Shown here: positions 54,501 to 64,000 of the stretch, piece after piece | Position numbering within the stretch: position 1 is the first letter of the stretch | How the letters are laid out: the number at the start of each line of letters is the position of its first letter | Assembly (NCBI GenBank): GCA_000934665.2 | Contig: KZ538326.1 | Coordinates: forward strand, 1 to 64,000 | Reading direction: 5' to 3' | DNA from: Catajapyx aquilonaris | Lineage: Eukaryota | DNA length: 64,000 bases | Notes under the pieces: generated by a model | What the model saw: the letters and a program-made list of their open reading frames with translations, nothing else | Databases searched by the model: none | What the model was told of the DNA's origin: nothing | Position numbers and translations under genes: made by a program

Positions 54501-57500
54501 TATTGCCAGGCCGACTAAACCGCCTCGTGTCACCGCCGAACTCTGCATCCCATTTTCAATGCTATGTCTTTCCGTGGCAATGTTCTGACTACATTCATTA
54601 GGTCGCTCATGCCTAAATTAGTGAGCAAGTATCCAACGCATGCACTGGCAGAACGGGCCAATTCCACGATGTTCATTGGTCCTCGCGTGTTACTCGAAGG
54701 TGGTAATGTTCATTAGTCGGCGGCCATTTTGAATCCTGGCAGACGGAATGGGAAATGTGGCCGAATGCAGTAATGAGTGGCTAAAACATGACATTAAGTT
54801 CGTCAAAGGACATCTCGTTAATTTTCAAATTCGTCAATTCATTCTTTGCAGATATAGGGTAAGCACTGCAGGGCTTTATTTAAAATTCGGATGTGCCTTG
54901 ACATTTTAAAATGACTCCTTTGATGCATGTCACAGTAACTTCCCAAAATAACGTCTTTGTAACACAATTACAATTAGGCCTACATAGCCACCACATTGTA
55001 GTGGGGTGCTCCTAACTCTCGGGTCACCTTTACAAAAATTTGCGAATTGTACAGGATGGGCCAAAAATGTTACAAATTTCATATTTTAAAATCAAATATT
55101 CAGAATCCATATAAAAACAATTGTAACTACAAACTTATATCCGTTTTTCCCCATTATGTCCATACATCTGAATAGATTCATGGGCACGGACTGTAAATAA
55201 CTACTTCATGTGTGGCTAATCAAACTCAAATCATGGCATCTCTCAGGCACCCAGCATAAGACACTCGCCAATTTAGAAGGCTGAATTTTAGTTATGAATC
55301 AGTGGCCATAAAAAAAGCACACTGAACCGTGTAGCCAGTGCGAACGATAAAAGTTTGGTGGTTCGAATAAGCGGAGCAATTTTGGGGCTCTAAGTTTTCG
55401 CTTGACTAAGCCCCGTAATAAGTTCGCTGCCTACCCTAAATCCCACTCTGGATAGCTTGAGAACCAGGAGATTCCACACAGAGACTATATATGCAACGAT
55501 AACTTCCACCAACAAATATATACAACGTGGCAGGAGATGCTCTTAGACCCTCTCACTGCGGATGTGAAAGGTGCAAAAATCTCAAGAAAAATGTCGAGAA
55601 TTTTTTTTCCCCCTTTCCCCATTCTTTTCTGCACCAATTTTTCCACAGATCCAATTTTCCAGAGTTCTCGAGGATGAAAAACTTTGCTGTGAAGTTGCTG
55701 CTTCAGAGAAGCACTTGTCTCGTTGTTTGCCTCATGTCGTCGGTCATTTGTCCGACTTTTGTCCGCGGCGTTAGTTTTGTCGTCCGCTTGACAGGAGTAG
55801 GCTACTGCCAGTGATTGAACACGCCGCCAGCAAATATCTGAGCGACAAACTGAACAAGTGACACTGAATACAAACGGTCCAACGATATGTTTGTGGTTAC
55901 ATAAAGCTGATCGAGCTCAATTGCTCAATTGTATTACGTTTTACTAGCAAATGAAAAGCTTAGGGAGGACAAAAAAATTATTTATTATCTCTCCTTTGTC
56001 TTTCCTGAATGCCAACCACATAAGCCATCATTTGCATCCAGGAAAGCGCATTACGATGCGCATTCCTAGGCACAATCGGCTTACGGTTGACATTTGAGAG
56101 CGATCAAGGGTATAGGCAACTTTAGGGGTTGTCCACCCAAACATACACCACCATATCTAAATAATTTAATCAGTTAGTACATGACCTGCGAAAAAAACAT
56201 GTCGGCCAATAAACTGATACATTCTCAATTTGCATATTTGCCAGCAGCATTAACCTCCAAAACATAGTTGGCTGACCTGTTGTCTCCAGCTTTATTTTGC
56301 ATGTGCCAGCGGCACATCAGAATAAGGGAAAAGTTAGCATAATCACTTGCAATATAAACATCATACATAATCAAGTCAAAATTGCACTTCCAACTGCCTC
56401 GTTTTATGCAAGCTCTCATCCTTGTGCTGCCCCCGGTTCTCCCTCCACAAAATTGGTCTCGGACAAAATATTTTCCGGCGGGTGGACTGCGAATTGGAAA
56501 AAATGTTCAGAGCCTCTCTCATGCCACATTGTCCTGACAAATTAAAAAGTATATCTCTCCTCTTCACAATCTAATGCAATGCCTATACCGAGAAAATTAC
56601 TGCACAGAATGGGCGTGCAGGAACTGTAATATCGACTTTTTAACTCGCGAAAAAAACCTTCGCATGTTTAAGTTCATTAAAATTAAAATAAAAACCCATC
56701 ATGTTGCGTATATGGGTATATGAACTATATAGGTAGCATTAGTCACAAATCATATTGTTTTCCATGTTTTGACTTCCATGTTCCAGTTCCTGTTATGTAG
56801 GCTACATAAAATAAGCATAAATTGCTTTTGTATCGGATACAATACGTCTCAGGCCTCACAATGGCATATGGTAGAGTACAACATGAACTCGGGGCAAAAT
56901 AATGTAAAACAGCTATTGGCATATACCATTAAAATGGACTGCTAATCACTGTCTCATTAAAATTACAAATAACTATTGTCATATTGTGTATCATAATTAT
57001 ATCATTACTGATTATAATTACGTACACAATGCTGAGCTTTAAGCTCTATATGCCACACCCGCAAGTACAGGAAGGATGGAGGGATCATACTAATTGGTTA
57101 ATCAGACTCGAGATACCAATCCTTGATAATACGGTTCATTATCGACAGAATTCCCGGAAACTTACATGCTGCAGCGTTCCTGTATTTATAGCATGTGCCT
57201 CATAACCAGCTTCTCTCAATTGATGTCTCAATCATTCAAAGTAGGGCAGGGTGAATTCCAGAGCACCAGAGGATCACTTAACATAGCGGGTGTCATTTGG
57301 GCTCCTCAACCTCGTAACTATTTTCTACTGTACTCGTATAGTACCTGTAGGAGTGTCTCCTATACAAATTTGTTTGAATCACTTTGAAAATTACGGCGTA
57401 TTATCACACGAACTTTCTAAGTAACTTGATTAACAATATACCGCACCATTTACCTAATTTACACATTGTGCACGCGCTTTTTTTAACAGCCAACTGGAAA

Positions 57501-58754
57501 TAGCATTGCCTATGGCGAGTATGTTGGATGCCCTACCACTGCACTATAGGCGTAAGGAACATGTTCCAACTGCGCAAATCGGAACCATATCATTGAAATG
57601 CGAAAACAATAAGCCTCCCTGAATTATAATTCATTAAGTAACCCACATTAATTAATCCCCGCAGAGCTTGGCATCTACAGGATACAGGCTTAAAACTATA
57701 TACACTCGACCTGTTTGGTGTGGTTGTACTGTACAGCATAGGATCTCACTATCGGCTAGAAACCCCTTTTCTTCCGTTTTTTTGTGTTCAGTTTTTATGA
57801 CTCCGCAGACTTGGCCACTAGGGCTTGGTTATTTTCCTGTAGGTTGAGGCCTTGCGATTAGGCATGTGACGTCAATTCCATGCCACAGATACTGTATTTC
57901 CTTTCTATATTTATCCACATCAGACACCAGTTCTCCATACGAGACGTGAATTTCGTGGAAATTGGTATGGACACTTCCTCTTCAACTTTGTTACTTTCCA
58001 CCTGCGCCACACACGCTGCACCAACGCACTTGGCTCAAGTGCTGCACAACTCCCATCCATATGACGAATCTTGTTATCGATTTTCACCCAAAATGACCAA
58101 CTGCAAGCCCTGGGCCCCCCACATTGTATAATGCACTTTTTAATTAAATATTGACATCCGCCATGCAAACTTTGCATAACCCAATTTACAAATAAGTCTG
58201 CCTCTACAGCATGGATCATAACTTCCCGTCAAAAAACCAGGGCCGACATCAAGAAAAATACTTGGTATATAATTGCGGCCAAATCCACTATAGGGACGGT
58301 GGCAAGTGCCAAGATCGATGGAGCTCTCCCACCCTTTATACCTGAACATTCGCAGCCAGCAAATCACGCCACAAACAATGGTCACTGCCAGGATTCCCAA
58401 GTGCGCCTTGATTCACCGCCACCACAACTCATGTCTTTGCCCATGTCACTGCCCCAACCGACCCAAGACACTCTTAATGGATACGAATCGTTTGCTTTCC
58501 CCAACGACATGCTGCAACTATCAATTTAAATCCCTGGTATCGACCACTTTGGCCGCACATATAATTTTTCTCTTCCTCATCCAGGCTGGCTCTAAACCTA
58601 TTGGCATAGACAAGATCTAAATTGTCATGAAAATGTTTGCACGGCCGGCCGGCCATTTGTTACCATCTAAACAGGTCGGCCTTCTTTATCGAGCAGTCAG
58701 ACACCATTAAAAAAAAAAAAAAGTCTCCACTTGTACAGAGTCAAATGCTCTTAC

Positions 58755-58892
58755 CTTTCTATTGACGAAAGTGCAAGCGAGGTCCTTGAGGGTCTTGAGA
58801 GTCAGCTCGCTGGCGTCGACCGTGACGGTGTCTTTGACAAGACCAGCCTGGAACAGGAAGGTGATCTCGCCTCCGCCGCTGCCTTCCATCAT
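58755..58892 (-). CDS. PKD: PKD coding exon 1 (first half of ubiquitin-like domain)
   Basis: GCC-ATG-ATG-G start context; MMEGSGGGEITFLFQAGLVKDTVTVDASELTLKTLKDLACTFVNRK; donor AAG|GTAAGA, phase 0, matching exon 2. In-frame TAG upstream at 58944-58946. An acceptor ccccttttcag at 58965 implies upstream UTR exon(s). Confidence 0.9.
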
Positions 58893-59040
58893 GGCCGATT
58901 CACTTGGACACACCAGCAACACAGGGGACGATGGAGGTGCCAGCTACACTTGGCTGGATGGGCTCTGAAAAGGGGTGGACATCTATGTCACTTGATGGAT
59001 CGACTCTGCTGGACTGCTTCAAATGGCCAGTCCATGTTAC

Positions 59041-59174
59041 CTTAGTCCGGTTCGATCTTATACATAAAGGTGAGGTCTTTTCTTGCTCTCTACTTTTTTC
59101 CTCTCTAAATTCTACGCTTGAAGTGGTTTTGGGTGACATTCTCAATTCAGCTGACTTGAAAACTCAATATTTTT
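59041..59174 (-). other. Candidate PKD 5'-UTR exon
   Basis: Donor AAG|GTAACA at 59040 gives a 76-nt intron to the 58965 acceptor. Candidate acceptors at 59175 or 59151 follow a U-rich tract. Confidence 0.35.
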
Positions 59175-60217
59175 CTGCCAATATAATTATTTTACTCAAA
59201 ATTGACAAAAAAAAAATGGGATGGGTGCTACAAGTGAGAAAATTCAGTACTGTATCAGCCTTTTTTAAGAAAAAATTTTATTTCTCCAGTTATTTCTTAC
59301 ATTTTATATTGTATATACGGACCTATTTCAGCTATACCAAAAGACATGCATAGAAGAGGGGAAAAAAGTCAGCGAGGTAAATAAATGGGTGGTGCAAAAT
59401 TGGAAGCCAAGATAGTTGAATTCTAGGATTCCTCGCACGCAAAGCAGAGGCTAGAAGGAGGAGGAATAGTAACCACTTTGATCAATAAGTAGCGTTCCTT
59501 TTTTTATCGCGATTTCCTCGGGCTGGAAATTCCCTAGCCGAGAGCTTCGATTAGTCTACTCTATTGTAGCGATTAAAATGGTTCCGATGTCGAGGAAGCC
59601 AACTGGAAGATTCCAGCTTGTGAGGAGGCCATAAAAGCCCATGAGTTTATTGCCATCTCCAGCAGTCAGACAACTAGTGCTAGGAAATGCTACTTGGATA
59701 CTAAAAGCATGGATGTAATTTACTTTTTGAGTAACTGCGAGGGAAGAAAAGCCCTTGGCTGCAACAAGTTCCGCATTAATTAAACTCAGCTGGGGAAGCT
59801 CACATGCCCGTATAATGCAAACTCAATTTCTGGTATAATCTAATAACTTTTTTGTGCCCACAAATCTAACCGGAAGCTGCTATACGCTTGTACACCAGCA
59901 GATGTAATTACTGAGCCCTCAGTAACTTATACCATGGTACTACGTATGCAGTGGAATACAATATCAGTATGTCTAGCTGTTCCGCAGAAGTTACGCGATA
60001 TCTCATAAGCGAAACCCCCCAGACTACGTAATTATGCATTTATGCCACACCTTTCGTAATTACAAGCTATTAATAGTGGAAGCTTCCTGCTAGTCCCTTC
60101 ACTGCAAATCTGGTACAGTACTATAGATATGTACTGGCTCTGTGCTAGCAAATGTTTACTAAGTCACAGGTCGTACAACTGAGCCAGCTGAACGGCAGGT
60201 AACGGTGTGCCATTGTA

Positions 60218-60484
60218 CAGTGTTGGACATTAATCGCGTCATACTGCTTGTGACATTTTCTGATGCGGCAGAAGTGCACATCGACGTGATAGAGTGAGCC
60301 GTGCGAGTAAGAAGAGTGACGTCATCGGCTGGGGGCAATGGAGAAAGGCTTGTCCCCAGCCAGTGACGTCACCCAAGGGCTACCATTTCTTACTCGCACG
60401 GCTCGCACTCTTATCACTTCGATTTGCACGTCTGCCGCTTCGGAAATGTCTCTAGCAGTATGACGGAATTAATATCCAGCACTG
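60218..60484. mobile_element. Palindromic Tc1-type MITE
   Basis: TA-CAGTGTTGGACATTAAT ... ATTAATATCCAGCACTG-TA. Diverged arms pair almost to the centre and each carries TGACGTCA. Confidence 0.85.
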
Positions 60485-63400
60485 TACAGGGTGATCCAAA
60501 ATACTTGTCCGACTAATATGGCTCTATTTGTTGGGACTAAGCTGCTTATTCTAGCAGTTATTTTGACATAGTTAAGTTTTAATGGCTATCAAAAGTAGTA
60601 GCTACTATTATTAGGTTACGTGTACCACCCTGCAAGGGGATCTGACATGCACAAAATTCTGCCATTGGTATGATGATGATGTCGTTGTCGTCGAAAACTG
60701 GTCTAAAAATAAGTCTGTTCGTCAGCTTGGGTGTCGAAAGCCCGGGTAGTATTAGGTCCGAATAATTGCATAATATATGGTCTAGTAGCGGTGGGCGGAG
60801 GAAGCTTCAGCTGGTTGATCCGATTTCAGATCACGATCTCCATCCGGGCGAAAGCCACCGGCTATTTTGCTGCTTCTATCCAGGCCGACAGGAAACTGTG
60901 TGAGGAATTTGGTTTGGCGGTTCCCGCGTGTGGGCAGCCTGCATTCCCGCATTCATAGACAAACTCCTCCACTTCCTCATTTGAATATCCAACCCACCCC
61001 TCCTCTCCTTTGATCTCTCTGCGACCATTATTACATCTCCTAGATAATCCCCGTCTTGGCTCGCCCAGCACCAGAATAAGAAAAGGTCGGACCTGCGACG
61101 GTGGATCTTGTGCAAAAAAGCTTTGCTCGCAAATTTTCGCATTCATCGGAATTTTATGGGTAGTCCCCCAGTGGAATTCCCTTTCCGGTACGACGGAAGA
61201 AATTGCTTAATGGTCGACACTCAAAAAATTATCCCTACTTACTGCATTTTCTATCCTGCTCTTCCAGACGGTGCGACCTGCAATAAAAGTTGCTCCAAAG
61301 TGCTCCAAGAATGGTTTGCTTTCAGACTTCGCCTATACACTCGAGCTATTCAGATTCCTTTCACTCCTTTATAATTGTAATTTACGGTTCAGAACCGACC
61401 CACGACGAGTTTTCCATCTTTTCATTAATTACCGAACCTGAGCATTCATGCTGAATTCTCAGTTTGGAACCTTTAACCACCCAGCTTACAACATGGAGGC
61501 ATCTTTAATGCCGTAACTGTACTCAATAATGCAACGGCCAGCAGTTGCCAAGGCAATAACACGCATTCTGCCCTCTAATTGGCATCTTTCAAGCGGCTCA
61601 GCCAGTAAGCAAAAGCCTCTTGGTATCATCTGCAGCTCCCTGAATTTATGAACCTCCATCAAATAACATCCAAACATTGCAGCAGGCTTAATAAAACCGG
61701 GTCTTTAATGCAATCAGTTCTCGGCAGCTTTTCAGGACCGATTTTCTCAATTGGAAACGCATTCAACGGGCGTCTCCTTCTATACAGTATACGGTACCTT
61801 TATTGTTGACATAAAAATTAATCTGGCAATTCATATAGCTAGTGTAACAGGCTTCATTCGTATCTCGATAATATTAATATTACTGTATGCGCAGTGGACC
61901 TGTCAAGGGCACATAATAACATCATTCCCCATGAAATCCTAATGAAACACCGGCCAGTTGCTATAGGCATGTTACAATAGTTGGCTTTGTTATCGACGTC
62001 ATTGAATGTCCGACACTCTCTTGTTTAACTAACCAATTAACGCGACATGTTTTTGGCAGAATCCAGGGGGAAGGATGCAAACCTCAACTGGTGTGCCTTG
62101 CTAATTTACCCTCTTCAAAGTAATTAATTGGGGGGCAATTCTACCACTGTTGGCGCCAAACACTCGTTCGATGAGAACACTGCAACTATATCGGCAAACA
62201 GTAGGTTTTGAAACCCCCTGTGCATTTTTCTCCCGGACCGTTTAGAACTCGAAACAATGGCTATCCTATATCCTGTTTACCGATACGTTAGTACAAAACA
62301 GGAAACCGTATAACTCTAAAAGCGCACGCAATATATTCAGCACTCTGGAGAATTACGTTTCAATCAACTGACGCGTGTGATTCTGGCGAAAATTGATGCC
62401 AATCAATGCGGCTCACATCGCCGGGTATAAAGTAAATACAATTGCAGCACAACAGCACAATCATTGAACAAATCATGCGCCCACTATGTACGCCCGCTTA
62501 ATTAAAATTGTGTGTGTGTGTTTTTTTAAAAAAAACTCATCCCACCACCCACTGGTGTTTGCCACACCGATAAAAGAGATGGTTGGTTAGCAATGGTCAT
62601 TAGAGACCCCGATCTGTACACACGAGGCCTATGCGGTTTTACTATAAATAATAAGTGCGATATGGGCAAGCGGGAATGAAGGGAATCCATTATCGGATGA
62701 AGCCCGGTTAGCATCACCTGTCGACAACATGAGCAAGAAGCGTGTGCGATAACGCGTTTTGTTATTCATTTCGTCACAGTTAATCCTCTTACGAGTCAGG
62801 CCAGCAGCAGCCCCAGCATCTCCCGGCCGTAAACACCAGGGCATTAAAATAACGTTACTCAGGCGGGGAGAGAGCGGTTATCAAACGCGTCCCAAACGCC
62901 GCGATTCGCCTTTAGAATCCCTAATTAGTTTACGCTGCTGCGGCCATATTTAAGTCTCGGCTTCCGCGCGCGTGTGTGTATGCAAAAGCTTATTCAGCAA
63001 CCAATGCAATACAAATGCACATTTCATGTTGGCTATACCTGCACCTACAGGCACTCGGGTGTGACTATGGGGGGCGCTAGACAATGAGGCTAAATAGTCG
63101 AATCGATTGATGCAGTCGTCTCCTGCCATTGTCTGAGGACAAATATAGCTGGCCAATTCCACATCGAACGGTGCAATCAAGGAGGCATGTCTTCAATCTG
63201 TTATTGTATCTCTGGCCTGTTGTCAAATCACAATGCAGTCGAACCGACTGACACTCCTATCGTCCTTGAAATCGTACCGTGTGACCTAGGTTTCTGCTTA
63301 GATGTGCCCTACACTATTTTTACCCCGTACTTGGCTCCCTTAACGTAAGCACATGCGGTCAGCTGACGGTAAACAATAGCACCAGTCCCTCAAAGTGGAC

Positions 63401-64000
63401 GGAAAACACGGCAACCATAATGTACACATCCGATCCAAGTACCGGCCAGTTCATTACATGCGCAAATGGAGCGCACTGCAGCTTCACCAGAGGATTCCAG
63501 GGAGTGTGTCAAGCATGGCATTCGTCTTGATTCACCCTCTTTTTCACACAAGTCCGGGGGGCTTAAGACGCTGGACGCGAAAGGCATAGGGAAGGCCTTA
63601 CAGCCTTCCCGCCACAAATTCCCTAATCCTATAAGACCAAAATATGGATCCTCCAGTCCATGGACCAAGACACCCCCGCCTGGGCTTACCACTATATTCC
63701 TAAGCATGGTGCTGCAGAATACACCACCATCATGCAAGTTCTCCACTAATCTAAAAGTGGCAATTCAGCGTTAACGGTACTGTCGGTCACAATGGACGAG
63801 CCTGGATCAAGAGGGATTCCCTGCGCTGGCCTTTTACCTAACAGGATCCGCCAATTTCCCCCCGCACACGGAAATGAAGCATGGACCATAAAGTGACGCA
63901 AAATCATTTATGGAGATCTCTTTTTTCCTAGTTTCCTGCCTATTCATTCGAACGATGCAGCCGATGCAGCAACCTGGTTCAAAAAAAAAAAAAGTGCACC

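Overview
Eukaryotic (animal, arthropod-like) genomic DNA, not a prokaryotic region. It is dominated by one minus-strand gene, protein kinase D (PKD/PRKD). Nine coding exons splice in consistent phase through GT-AG introns into about 523 codons: N-terminal ubiquitin-like domain, C1a, C1b, acidic linker and PH domain. The kinase domain is not seen and must lie left of the window. The first coding intron is about 46.9 kb (11891-58754). The introns carry many non-autonomous transposon relics: a Ty3/Gypsy 3' end present twice in inverted orientation, piggyBac-like, hAT and Tc1/mariner-like MITEs, a large foldback element nested in an hAT element, and tRNA-derived SINEs. Two very long poly-T runs and two N gaps are probably assembly artefacts. 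The most notable unexplained signals are an abrupt, roughly ten-fold CpG step at about 11.6 kb inside the gene, a frame-breaking alternative acceptor at the same place, at least 12 perfect CRE (TGACGTCA) sites, and a possible spliced uORF in frame with the PKD start. I found no convincing novel multi-gene system. All coordinates and counts were read by hand.
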